This document shows positions 49,065 to 62,166 of a stretch of 64,000 nucleotides of DNA, piece after piece; the first letter of the stretch is position 1, and every line of letters starts with the position of its first letter. The stretch comes from Eutreptiella sp. 'Long Island Sound 2002'. Taxonomy: Eukaryota > Protista > Euglenida. The notes under the pieces are model-generated. The model searched no databases. It saw only the letters and a list, made by a program, of their open reading frames with translations, and was not told where the DNA came from. Position numbers and translations under genes: made by a program. Where the stretch lies: positions 1,984,001-2,048,000 of the forward strand of contig OZ038378.1 of NCBI GenBank assembly GCA_964036045.1, in the 5' to 3' direction.

Positions 49065-50173
49065 AATTGAAGCGACCAATTTTTGGACAATCCATTACCG
49101 TTCTCTCCCGCCGTAGCTTGCTGCCAATGATCAATGCGATGCAGCAGTTTGGTTGATGTCACTAATTTTGAAGTTGCACATATAACCCTGGCAGACAACT
49201 GCAGTTTTCGGCACTTCTACCGTCTGCCTGTATGTATCTCTCTGTGTAGTATCATGCAAAGCATTGGTGGTGGGTACCGTTGGAGGAAAGGTGAGTGCAC
49301 ACTTAAAGGGGGGAGCACAAAACATCATATAAACAGCTAATCATGGTTCTAATCGCACCAGTGATGCTATTTGTTTGTCGTGGGCTCAGGCAATGGGTGA
49401 CCATGGCGCTTCATTGGCATCGAGAGAAATACGGACTTCAGACTCGCAGAATCTCGCATAAGGGACACCGAAGCACACCAACCCCTGCCCGTAAAGGTGG
49501 CACCAGAAGACACACAAAAGCGAATCATGGGCCTAACCTGGGGCACTGCACATAAAATGGTAAACAATTGCGTGACAATGCTGCTTTTTTTGCCAGACAG
49601 TGGCAGTGGCGTTCGTATTGCATCTGGAGATCGGTGCTACGTTTATCAACCTCACAGTCGCGAAGATCTGCAATCCCTAGTTTGCCCCTACCCGGCTACT
49701 AGTTCGCAGTCATGGGCTACTACCCTGACCTATACCGGGGTTGAAAGGGAATTGGTACCATCATCCATTCGGGCCCGCGAAGACTGATGTTGCAGGCCGC
49801 AGCCTATGGTGCAAGTTACAGTGATGTCAAAAAAGCAATTCGATCACAGCAGATGTTGGGGTTTGGAATGGTGCTTGCTGATGCCTTACACGAGGTGCCT
49901 GGCAAACGAGAGTGCTGGCCAGCAGAATTAGAAAAGCAAATTTGAGGAGCATCGTTCGAGGATCGGCATGATGGCAGGAATGCTAAGAGGCACTATCGCT
50001 TACTGGGGAGGCTTTTAGCTGATTTGGAAACGCATCCTGAAAGCTTGGGCCTAGAATAAGCTCGGTGCAGTCGCAGACATGTGCGAGAGCAGACCCTCTG
50101 CATGGTATAACCCTAACATGGCTGCGCCTCCCCCCGCCTGGTATTCCACTCAGGCCTGCCAATCAGAAAGTAG

Positions 50174-51869
50174 TCAGCGAACAATATCCGTTGAAACCTC
50201 CTCGTCCTCGTCCTGCACCATTGCTCTATGCGCAATTTGCCTGATCGCATTGAGGCTATGCAGCTTCTTTGAACAACCCAGTTCATCCCATTGGCTTGCA
50301 GTCACCCCTTTTACCCCTTTTCCGTGTTCCGCAACAGCCAGCTGTTCCGCAACCGCAACTGATGCCCATATCAACTGATGGGTGCGGCGCAAGCTGTCCG
50401 CAAATTTGCGAGACACATCCCCCATACAGGTAGCTTCCAGAATGTCATTTTGAACATTGGTTGTGCATGATTGCACCGGCGATAATATAATAGCACGACA
50501 ATTTGGCCAGTGCTGATCCAGAATACTTGTAATCTCAGTATCCCCCAGTACACACCCGGGGACAACGCCACCACCAAAAGCGGAGAACATGGGAACCTGA
50601 CCTTTTGAAACCTGTTCTACAAGGGATTCGCACAACAATGTGACCCTGCCTCTGACCTTGGTACGGCTTTTAATCAGTTGTCGTTCATCGCCATCGGTTT
50701 CAGCCCACCTACCATCAACGAAAATGGAGCTGATTTCGTGCAGTGCAAAATACAGCAGCCTACTCTGCTTGCTGCGTAACATACACAGATAGGATACCAG
50801 CAACGGAAAACAAATGCCTGCATCATCAGAACACGGACGTGCCAGCCAGTAAACTCCCTTGTGCATGCTCGTCACATGGGAGAATATGCATCCTTCCCTG
50901 TCCCACAGCTCAAGCTCCACCAGTGCAGCTTGTAGCCGGGTTCTCTCTAACTCTGGTTGGCGTTTGGCTTGCTTCACATACCGTAGTGCTGTGCAACACA
51001 TGCAATTGCAATGGCGATGGCGATGATGGGGTAGCAAAAGCATGGGCGTTTGACAGCGATGCACAGGCAGTGGGTAAGCAGCGGTATCCGGCCCACCGTG
51101 CATAAGATGTGCTTCAGATGGCAGGTAACAACGGACATATGGAAGGTTAATAAGATGCTTTACAAGATCCCTACCCCTTCGTAACAGCACTAGTGTTTCC
51201 GACTCCCGACACCGGGGATCTTCATTTGGATTGAACACAGCTGAGATATTCAGTATATTCACGTTGATGTGATTGCTGTACTCAACCAGGATATTTGCCA
51301 GCTCCAACGCATCCGCTCTGCACAGACAAGAAGAATAATATAACAATATAACAATAACAATGACCAATGATGTATGTAATGAATCACAGAGGGAAACGAC
51401 AGCGAGCATAGCATACACTCTTACGCATGCACAGACACCAGACAAAGGCATAGCGTGACTACTTTTCATACTTTTTCAGAAGCATCTCAGGACGGTGTGT
51501 GTCATCTGGTGCCTGAATGGATACTGTCAGCTTAAAAAGCTCGGAGACATTGGCCACGTCCGATACATTCTTCAACGTCTTCACAGCGGATGTCACCAGT
51601 CTGATGTATCGCACCTTGCCGTGGTTGTCCAAAGTCGAGTCGAGAAAGTTCTTGGTGTTCTTTTCATGAAGGTGCAGTGAGTAATTTTGAAGACTTGACC
51701 AGCAGGATTGACAGACCTGCTTTAATGACCAGTATGAACGTCCGAGGAAGTCGGCAATGGTTCTCATGCAGTCGTCATCAATTTTCAGCAATGATGTAAC
51801 GGTGGATCGTGACAACAGTGGATGGTCGAGGCGACGACGTTTGGTTGAATCCGAAGTACACAGATCCAT
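50174..51869 (-). CDS. F-box protein, 513 aa, join(51869..51472,51317..50174)
   Basis: LLKIDDDCMRTIADFL...LKQVCQSCW is F-box-like. A 154-bp GTATGA...TGTGCAG intron (51471-51318, phase 2 at both ends) fuses ORFs 51459-51869 and 50174-51469 in frame. Confidence 0.8.
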
Positions 51870-53715
51870 GAATCCCTAAAACATAGGCATTCCTTGTGTC
51901 AGACAAGACTGAAATTAGCCACTCTCAGGACTCTCGGGGGTCAAGAGTGCCCCGTCCAAACACAGGCATGGTGCAACAGCATGTGCTCAAACGAGCCCGT
52001 GCTGATGTGTGGACTGCACAAAGTGCACGTCCGGGCAATGCATTCAAAGTGTGCCCCATCACAGGCAGCCCTCACACAGCCCAAAGCCCATATAGACAAG
52101 ATGGCACACAAGACAAGATTCAAAAAGATATCTACCAAAATTGTGCTTCTTTTCATTGTACAAAAAACATGACTCGAAAAAAAGTGGTCCATCTGTGCAT
52201 GGACAAGCCATTGCTTGATACTGCTGCTGCTGTCATTGTCTTGTGTGGCTGTGCTTGTATTGGAACGGACGATACTTGGGCAGGGGTTTGGGATGTGGAT
52301 GTGGATCAACTGAAGTAACGGCACACACAATTTGCTTTATCTCCTTGATGCTATGGCAGTAACTGGACCAAATGCACCAAGAACCACTACACATCAAACG
52401 ACCAATCCAAAACCATCGAAAATACAGTCACTAGACAAAATGACCGTCACCCAGGAGTTGTCTTTAAATACATCGGGGTTGGATGCGGAGACAAAGCAAC
52501 ACAAGAAGGCAATTGATGAAAATGACAAAAGTGGAGACATAGCATCCCCAATAAGAGATAAATTTCACATGGCATGATACGCTCTGGCAGACCGTGAACG
52601 TTCAAAACACTGATCGGGGGTATGCACTTCATTCCCCTGTTCCGCCCCAGGGTTAGGGTGGTATACCTATTATGTGTACTCGTTTACCAGATTCAGAGAA
52701 AAAGATTGCAACACTCAAAGCTAAACAGGTGCCTGTAATAAATGGACTCTCTCTAAGAAACTTTCTTTTTTTTTTTTTTGACGTGTCATAAGTGTTAATT
52801 TCGACCCTCACGATTTTAGCATGCGGACACACACATACGATGAACATAAACTGCAAAACTTGGTCAAATCAGTCTACAAATTGGACGTGCGTGCATTAAA
52901 GGAGGCGATCAGGCATGTTTGGTGATATTTCATATGAAGGATGTTCCTTTTTCAGTCAATTGCTTGCCTTTGATGTGTTTCCTTGACGGGAGGGATCATT
53001 TGGCACCGGTTTCAAAGGTTTTCAATGTCAAACCAAGGTGGCCCCCAATTAGAGCAGCGGCCTTGATTACATCAGTTTACCTGTTTCAGAGACAGGCAAT
53101 CACTCTCAAGCTTTGTGTTGTTCCATGTCACCATCATCTCTCACCTTTTATCGGTTTTGCTTTCACAGACTTTGTGACAGTGTTATCGGAATGACCTACT
53201 TAATGGCTTAATGGCTGACAATGGATTCATTGACAAGGGTGTTGCATTACCAACGCAAGCCCACATGGTCAGACTGCATTGGACAGGCTAGCGCCAAGAC
53301 TTTTGCAAGCACCCGGATTGTATTACCAAGGCAAGCGGTATCTATCCTCTTGGCAAGTGCAAGACATGATGCCCAGATTGTGCCTCCTTGGACAAGGGGC
53401 TACAGAATGGTACCATTTGTGCAGGCTGTACAATAGAGGTTGCTACACGCTTACTCTCTGCAGCAGCTGCAAACGGTACAGGGCCAGCTCGCTTTATTGC
53501 TGTGTTGAGAGCACGAGTGTTCGTCTGCCATGCGTGGTACATCATTACACATGTACATACATATATATACATGTGTAATGATGTATCACTTCAAAAAGAG
53601 GAAAAGGGTTGGGGTACCAAAAAGTAAAGCAATCAGGAGGTTTCAGAGCCATCTACAATGCCATTTATTATCCAGTATCCAGTGTATATAGAATAGAAAT
53701 AAGCAAGTCCGGACG

Positions 53716-54177
53716 ATGCGTATTGATTCATTTATTAGAGTTGTTGACGAGCGCGTACGACCACTTCTCTACAACAAGCTGCACATGCTAGCTGCAGGTC
53801 CACCCTGTTCCAGCTTTTTGATGGCTGCACCAGGTAGTGCAACCAATGTGGCTTCTTGGAATTATCTTTACCGCAACGGAGATGAAACAGGCAAAGAACA
53901 CACAGGGTATAGCAGGCCATACAATGTTGTAGCATTTTGCCTCAGACCCCAACCACCCACTGATATATCCCTTGTAGTAATACAACGTGCCTTAGGGAAC
54001 ACAAAGTATGATAGCGAGGAATATCATGTTGTTTCAGCGGGTGTGAATGAGACTGACTTAGGGATCCTGTACTATGGCAAACCAGACACCACCTTGCATA
54101 CCTGTGATAGGGCGGTTAGCGTGTTTCTGGCACAGGCATATCGTGAAACAGCCATGTCGTATCTACAACATACATAA
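53716..54177 (+). CDS. Hypothetical protein, 153 aa, intronless
   Basis: Intact ATG-TAA ORF with A-rich leader, 49 bp upstream of the next gene. Confidence 0.55.
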   Translation: MRIDSFIRVVDERVRPLLYNKLHMLAAGPPCSSFLMAAPGSATNVASWNYLYRNGDETGKEHTGYSRPYNVVAFCLRPQPPTDISLVVIQRALGNTKYDSEEYHVVSAGVNETDLGILYYGKPDTTLHTCDRAVSVFLAQAYRETAMSYLQHT

Positions 54178-54226
54178 TGTTGACCGAATTTGCACTCTCA
54201 CTAAGTCCAACTAAATCCAACAACAA

Positions 54227-54562
54227 ATGCGGATGTGGCGGCTTGCACTTGTCCTTATGGTGTGTATACCTCTACGTCTACTGTGGGCGGAGATGACAAG
54301 ACGGAATCACAAATTTGCCAGAGTGGCTTGCATCCCTGCTTTTGGTTTGCTTTTTGTGTATTTGACCGGGGTCAGACCTACTGGCATAGAAACTTTCGGG
54401 GACTCAATTTACTAGGATTCTGCCAGGCCAATGCATGCCATGCTGCTTCTCACCTCCGTGGTTTTTTCTTTGAGTGCATCTATGCACCACTATGCGTCTG
54501 TGCCCCTATTTCTAGATATTGTTCTTGCGACATGCGCGGTGCTCGCACACCACACAAAATAG
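54227..54562 (+). pseudogene. Small giant-virus-type membrane protein with an internal TAG
   Basis: CIPLRL...IPAFGLLFVYLTGVRPTGIETFGDSIY*DSARPMHAMLL...LFLDIVLA...HH matches my recollection of a Nucleocytoviricota hypothetical family (PAxGFxxIYxxGxRxTGxExxGxxIWWNxLRPxH). The TAG at 54413-54415 sits at the conserved Trp. Confidence 0.7.
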
Positions 54563-56233
54563 GTCAGGGTTAGATGTTGATGTTACCCAAGTTGATTCAA
54601 TCGCCATTTTGGAAAATATACTCATGAACACTGAAAACATTGGACACAATCTTCCAAATGAACATTGCACATCGTCGGTGCATCATAGCTACCCTTCGTG
54701 CCCAATGGGAAGCCCGCATGAGCGCTTCGCCACTCCGAGGCCAAATTGGTCCTTGCATCCGCGCCTGGTTTCTATGACATTGCTTGTGATAGCAATGCCG
54801 CTCATTAGGCCCCTTCTAGGTGTCGGCATTCCACATTCCATGCACATGTAGGCACCGTGTGCATGGCATTGTGCAATAGTAATAGTCGTATGGGAGGACA
54901 CAACACGGACACTTATGGATACTCACTTGAATTGTCCCCACAAGGATCAAAACAGCAAAAATGTAGTCCTCCGGAATAGACCAGTTCAGTAATCATGGAC
55001 GTAGTCAATTCATGCCGACTAGACTCATTCTGTTGGCGGTTTTGTGTGCTCCTACGTTCCCGCACGTAAAGTTGATACCCATTTTTACCAAATTTACGGA
55101 AGCCCGGGTTGTTTGCAATAATTGGAAAGTGCATTCAAACCATTCAACCCGAAAGGGCATTTTGAAACTCCAGTCAAACCAATAAATTTAAAAGGTTGTA
55201 GACAATTTAAAGAAAATGATGCTTTGGGCAACACCATGTTTCTGAGAATGGTGTTCATCAACATTCATCCCCCGCGCTTGACAAGGGTTCAAGCGAGAAC
55301 GTGAGATGGGGTTTACAATAGTTTGGGCACTTCTGGTGAGAATTGAGAGATAACGTACTTGGCGTGCAGCACATGCGCTTTCAAGCTTCCGTCGACCGAG
55401 TTATCCTTGTGCCTTGCTCGTGGGTGGGCCCAAAGTTGTGGCAAGTAGGTTAAATGTGATATACGGCTGCAACCACTTGTGTGTCTCTTACATACATGGT
55501 GACGGTGATGGTGGTGGTGGTGTTGGCTCAGATGATTTCCATGCACTTTACTTCATAATGTTTTGGCCACTTGTATTCCTTTCAAGATTAGTAGAAGGTA
55601 GTTCTCTCAATCCCAGGCTTCATAGGCGGGAGTTCGTAATGAAACGAACGTTCCTAAATAGGAACCGAGCAACAACAAACATATAGGGAATCTCAGCCTC
55701 AATGCCCTTTTCCGGTCGTCTTGCGAACCCTCCGTCATAAATGTCACCTTTGGTGGTGGTGATGGTTGTGGTGTTGGTGATGATGCGGGTGTGTTGGTGC
55801 TTCATACGGGACATAGGAACTAGGACTAGCTGTCATGGCGGGTGTAATGACCAATGCCGATTGGGCAAAGGGCACATTCAACAATGAGTGCTCAACGAGC
55901 CATGCGTGAAGTGACACGCCACGCCATCCCGTCCCTGCGACCCACCCACCACACCTCCTACTGCACGGGAGGTTCCCAAAAAAAGCATCCCTATTCTAAT
56001 TTCTTGTCTTTGTTGTTCCACGGATCTATGTTTCATATGTGCCCACCACAAACACATTCACCAAGCACATCGGCCGCTTTCTTTCCGTGTGCATGTGCCA
56101 CTCGGGGCAACAGTAGACTACAGCCACTCATAGACAGCCCTATTGACTGTTAAAGTTGACCACCCAATGGCCAGCACCATCCATGGTCGAGACACATACC
56201 AACGCAGCTCGCGCAGGACTACAACTCTCCGTC

Positions 56234-56392
56234 GCGGCATCCCGGAGGTATGTTGCTGCGGCCGCTCAACACGGCTCTAGTGTTGCCTACAATGGTTGCT
56301 AGCAAGTGGGTGCTTTGTTGCGGCATCCCGGAGGTATGTTGCCGCGGACGCTCTACATGGCTCTAACGTTGCCTCTAGTGGTTGCTAGCCAC
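56234..56392. repeat. Two-copy direct repeat, period 86 bp
   Basis: gcggcatcccggaggtatgttgc...ggctcta...gttgcct...tggttgctagc at 56234 and 56320. Confidence 0.85.
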
Positions 56393-59204
56393 GGGGTCCT
56401 TTTTCACGGAGTACCGCCTCCCAGTGGTGAAGCAATGTGGCGCTACTGCTCCATGTACCTGATCCCACAAGCAAAATCAACATCTCATCTCCACATCACT
56501 GGACCCAACACCCAGCTATAGCAAGCGTGACAAAGCTCAAAAGAAACAACATAAGAAAGTTTAATCAGATGGAGAAGCGAAGACGGAGCACCATAGAGAA
56601 AGCCAGGGAGCCCATGAGGGGCAGACCACCCGTGTGGGGCAAAAGGACATATGCTGGACGGCCAGGACAACGCGTGGAGGAACAGGGCACCTCGGCCTGG
56701 CGCACACAGAAACATAGCAAGGCATGCTATGGACGGCCTGTGGACAGAGATGGGTGGGCAGCAAAAACAATCAAACAACTTAGGCAACAACCAGCACATC
56801 CTCAATATGCCAACTATCCGGTGTAGCTGACGCGCAAACGGCACAACATGCCCCATTTAGCACAGCCCCAACACACCAACTACTGGGCCCTGCGAACACG
56901 GAAACAACACCAGCATGAGCACCGACCGCAGCGGCCGACCGAAAGCAACAACCCGATGCAACATGCGAAGGGAAGAACGGATGACTGTCGAGGGCCCCGT
57001 AAAGGAGCAACAACCAGACGGATTGTCACATAGGGGGGGGAGGGGAGCGAGAAAGAGGACCAAAGGAGAGTTTGTGTCCGGACGAGTGCAAAACGGTGCT
57101 ACAATTTGCTCCAAAATGTGTCAAAGGATGAAAAATCTGTTTCATGCATTGTGACGGTGACCCAAGGCAATTTGTAATAAGATATAAACTCCATACCAGC
57201 CGGCGGCGTAAATGTCTCGGACGAAGGTGGAACATGGTACCCCAAATTCACTGGGGGCCGCTTTAACAGAGAGCCAAAAGCAAAAAGGAAGCCAATGCAT
57301 TCACCTAATGTCTCATGTTAGGGACTACTTACCATATACTAATTACTATCGACAAGCATTCGAGGCTAAACCACTTGCATAGCCAGGACACGGGGGGGGG
57401 GTCTCCCTCACGTAACGCCAAGCCTATGGGGACGTCACCGGTCCTTACTGCACACGACACCAATCCATTCGCCCCGAGGTAGGTGCAACCGTTTGTCACT
57501 AGAGCCCTTCTCAACCCACACCTCCCTGAACAGCCATCGAGAACGAAGCGGAGGGCACTGCAAGGGGGGCAACGATGAAGGTATCGTGGCACATTTGGGA
57601 GGGGCAAATCATCTACACCACATAATATGCACCTCGCATCCATGTAGTGGGCCGTTCAATTGACTCCCACACGACCACGGGGATGGTAACATGACTGAGC
57701 ACCTTGAGGCTTTCACATGAAAAGCAAAGACTGGCCGGTCGTACCATGAGATTATTTGGCCATTTTGTTGACGATTGCATCGTGCAGGGTTTCCAACCCA
57801 AACTCGTCGTCCAAATATAACCCCCAGATGATGCACATGGCGAAAGACCAGAGTGCCCATCCTAAATGACCATCTCGAGCCCGTCTTGCATGGGCTCCGC
57901 CTGATCCAATTTATCTCCTTCCATCACCGGATGTACATACCGGTTGAGACTCCAAAAAATGGTTTATGTACCCATGCCGGGCTGGTGATATTTCTCTTGG
58001 TGGCTTGTTTAGCCGGCAATGGGCATTTAGCAAGCCAGAAAACCAGGGGGAACGTTGATGTCACCCCTTCTGAATCAAGTCCTTGACTAGGTCGTTCTTT
58101 TGTTAATCCACAAATGGCTGTCTCCCCACACAAACGCCCAAGTCAAATATTCTCATGGATGTGCAAGCATTGCTGCCGGCGTAGATGTGAACCAATTGGA
58201 TTGAGGGTGAGCCACCACGAAACACTCATTTTATAGAGGTTAACGGATGGCATAGGGCCTTCTCCTCATAGACCGTCTCTATGGAGAGGTAGCGGATCGG
58301 TATATACAACTCTCCCCTCACAAAAGTGCTTTTAGGGGGGTCACTTGGTCACGCCGGTTTGGCTCTAATGCATATCTTGAAAATCAGCAAAAGAAGCCAC
58401 AAAAATGCAAGAGGACGCATGTCTTGTAAAGTGGGGTCTACGTTATGTCGTTTGTTGCATTCTGCCCAAATGTCCGTCACGTGACCATGCGTTCTTGCCC
58501 GTCCAACTGCTACCTACCTTAGCATACAGCCTCTCCATTCCTTGCCTCTTGATTTTGAATACATATCCTTCTCGGAAGACATGTAGAGGATGCTTGCAAA
58601 AAAAAGTTCAGAAAAAGTAGCATGCACCTTAGCAATGTGTTTTTGACAAATGTAGTAATTTTGTTTCATAGAGAGCTAGAGTTCTTAGCATCTTTTGAAC
58701 CATCTTAAGGCATCGTGGATGGGGGGCATCGGCAAAGCCCACTTCTGTTTGTGGATATGGGCTGCCCAAAAGGGTCAACAAGGTTACTGCAGGTTTGACT
58801 CCGGGTATGGGTTTGGGCTACAGCATTGATACATCCCTGTGGATGCCAAGTGTTAGCAATCTAGATTGTGCGGATGCGCTGCCTGTGGTGTACACAACAC
58901 ATGAAGTTTAGATCATGGGTCGCAGATTGCAAGGAGGAGACATCGCACTGAGCAATCCGTCCACCCTCCCACTGTACCATGCTCACCTCAGAGCCCGGGC
59001 AGCATGCTTGATGAGGCAACTGTTTTCCAAGTGAAAAGGGTGGTAGTGAAAGGTGACTTCACCGGTATGCAAGGCAGTGCACACGGCCATAGTAGCATAG
59101 AAGGGAGGTATGAATCATCGGGCAACTTCGGCTTGGCTGCCATGGTATTGAAGCATGATAGCAATAAAGTAGGAACCACATCGCGGAACTAGGGTGTTAC
59201 TCGG

Positions 59205-59930
59205 GCTCTTCCCTTTTGGCTCTTCCTCTTGGCTCTCCCATTTGGCTCTCCCCCTTGGCTCCCTGCCTTGCGTCCCCCCCTTGGCTCTCCCCCCTGGCCC
59301 TCCCCCCTTGCTTTCCGCCTTGGCTCTCCCTCTTTGCTCTCCCTTGGCACTCCCCCTTGGCTCTCCTCCTTAGCTATCGCCCTTGGCTGCCCCCCTTGTC
59401 TATCGCCCTTGGCTCTCCCCCTTGGCTCTCCCCCTTGGCTCTCCCACTTGGCTCTTCCCTTGGCTCCCCCCTCTTCGCTCTCCCCCTTGGCTCTCCCCCG
59501 TGGCTTTTCCCATTAGCTCTCCCCTTTGGCTCTCCTCCTTGGTCCTCCCCATTGACGCTCCCCCTTGGCTCTCCCCCTTGGCCGTCCCCGTTGGCTCTTC
59601 CCCTTGACCCCCCCCCCCTTCGCTCTCCCTTCCCATTTCTCCCCCTTGGCTCTCCACCTTGGTCCTTCCCCTTGGCTCTCCCCCTTGGCTCTCCCCTTTG
59701 GTTGTCCTCCTTGGCTCTTTCCCTCGGCTGTCCCCTTTGGCTATCCGCCTTGGTTCTCCCACTTGGCTCTCCCCCTTGGCTCTCCCCCTTGGCTCTCTCC
59801 CTTGGCTCCACCCTTTGACTCTCTACTGTGGCTCTCCCCCCTGGCTCTTCCCCTTGGCTCTCCCCCCTAGCTCTCCTACTTACCTCTCCCCTTTGGCTCT
59901 CCCCGTTGGCTATCTCACTTGAGTCTCCCT
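59205..59930. repeat. Pyrimidine-rich minisatellite (ccccttggctct)n
   Basis: Dozens of degenerate units of about 12-13 bp. Confidence 0.92.
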
Positions 59931-60124
59931 CATGGATCCGTGCCTTAGGTTCCGTTCTGAGACAATCCTAAACCCAACCACAAGCAGCGGCACATACCCC
60001 TTCTTCTGACTCGGGCGCCGCGGGAGAGTTTCTCTTGACTTGTGGCGGTGTGGCAAAGTCATAGGACAAGCCATCCTCCAAGACGGAACGTTCAGATGCT
60101 TCGTTGTCCTTCCGTTGCGGTTGC

Positions 60125-60552
60125 GTTTGGTGGGGAGACTTTCGGGGGGGACCGGGGGGGGGGGGGCTTAGGGTGGGAGATCTTTTGGGGGGAAGGCTGT
60201 GGGGGGAAGGCTCTGGGCAGGGGAGCTTTGATGGCAGGCTTTGGGGGAGTTGGGTTTGGGGGGGAGTATTCGAGGGGGGACCTTGGAGGGGGGTGCCTCC
60301 GGGGGATCTTGGTGGAGGGGGTTTGCACGGGAGACTATGTGGGGGGGTCTTTAGGGGGAGAATTCCGGGGGAGGAGTTGGAGGGGAGGCCTCGCGGTGGG
60401 GTTTTTTTGGGGGGGGGGCTCTAGGTGTGGACTTGGTGGGGAGGACTTTACGGAGGGGAGGGGCTTGGGGGGGGGGGGGGGGCACTCGGGGCGAGACGTT
60501 CCGGGGAGGTCTTCGGGCAGGTTTTTTGGGGGGCAGGCGGGCCTTTTGGGGG
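60125..60552. repeat. G-rich low-complexity tract
   Basis: Many G4 to G13 runs. It abuts the truncated end of the hAT relic. Confidence 0.8.
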
Positions 60553-60554
60553 GT

Positions 60555-61384
60555 CGAGAACACCTTGTTGCGACGCGCATATGCCTGAGACCACTCGATA
60601 CGGTGACTGGCAGGGATCAAACGCAACACGTTGCGTGTATCGTGTCTGGTGTTCTCTTGGACACACCTCTCGAGGTCCTTCCACTGGCGCGCACCCTTGT
60701 ACCATGCACGTTGGCGACCCACAGCTGCCAGGTAGTCACCATGCACTTGGCCTGCAGCCTCCAAGGTATGAGCTAGCTTACGCCGAACCACATGGCATGG
60801 CTCAACCAGGGGGATTAGCAAGCACAACCACTTCACAAGCATTGCAAACACATTGTGCACCATTGCCGGCACATCAACAGCTTGCATGCAGTGGTACCAC
60901 GCACACCAAGGTGAGAGGCACCGTCCACAGCAAAAGCCACGACCTTTTGAGCCTACCAGGCACGATCAAGTATCCAGGACAACAACACCGCCTCCACTTG
61001 TGCTGTCAGCTCCTGTGCCTCACCTGATGCCACATCAACCACACCAAGGAATACCTCACACATTCCCCCTAGCCGAGTGCTTGGGAAGAGGAGCACGATG
61101 GCATACTCGTTGATGCGATGCCGCTGCCGGTCAGAACCATCCAACAACAAGGCGATGAACGATGCCCTTTGCAGGGTCTCTGACATATCATCTTGCATGG
61201 CACCATGCATTGCAACCATGGCCTTCTCAACTATCCATCGACGCGAGGCATGATGGCCATGTTCGGAAGTCAACGAGCAGTGCAAAAGAATGCGCTCACT
61301 GATGGCACGGATGGATGTGCACATGCGGATCCCAATGTATACCTCCACCAACCGTGACAAAATGGCTTCTACCGCGTCGGTCAT
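60555..61384 (-). mobile_element. hAT-superfamily transposase relic (DUF4371-type RNase H core)
   Basis: FIALLLDGSD...EYAIVL...EVFLGVVDV.SGEA (first Asp), KVVAFAVDGASHLG (second Asp), then CHVVRRKLAHTL and HRIEWS (CxxH and RW regions, degenerate). Stops and frameshift, truncated at the G-rich tract. Confidence 0.8.
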
Positions 61385-62166
61385 AGGTACACCGAGGTCA
61401 TGCCCTCAACCCTAATAACAGTGCAAATTATCCATCGGCTAAGGCATCCATCCACCTTGCACAATTCAGAGGGAAACAATGAGCCATTCACTTTTTGCAA
61501 TGTCTTCCTGTGGCAACTGCCCATACCCCATCCTTCTATTCGCTTCTACATCATGGTTTTCTTCATACACTGCCAATTTTTTGTGCATTGAACCTTCCAC
61601 CATGTTGCCAAACTACAAACAGTGCTGTTCTCTGCCACATTGTGCAATCACCATTGTGTGCACACAAAGATGCACCGGGGCACATCGCCCGAAAAGGTTC
61701 CGCACAATGCACCCGGAAACTCTCCTTGGCAGTCAAGTGGTGGCAGCCCGGATTGTCAATTTTATTGCGGCTGCTGGTCGTACCACGTGACACACCCAGG
61801 TGGCCCCCCAGCACGTCCTTACGCCATGTCTTTCGTCCCGTACCCACATTTGCATGCCCATGCCATACGTTCCTTTCATGAAGGATGCAGCAGCCTTACT
61901 TGGCCGCTTCACCCCAGGAGAATGTGTCAGACAGCCCATGCACAACACATGCACATTACACCCCCTACAATAGTGAGCTGCAATTGCCAGTGCCCATCGA
62001 CAAAGGCTTGCAGCGTCTTTGGCCCAGCTGTAACGATGAACAGGGTGACTTGGGTAAGGGTGACCGCTGTATGAGTTAGGATTTGGGTAGTGGTTACCGC
62101 TATAACCCCACTGTGGGTTAGGATCGGGGTGACTGCTGTGTGGGTTGGCATTGGGGTTTTGCAGTT

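Noticed and set aside
51894-53194. Possible RING-like (51894-52318) and fourth F-box-like (52919-53194) relics
   Set aside because: Ligand spacing and motif match are too poor to call, and competing frames exist.
59216-60776. LPLGSPPW- and Gly-rich ORFs
   Set aside because: Translations of the minisatellite and the G-rich tract.
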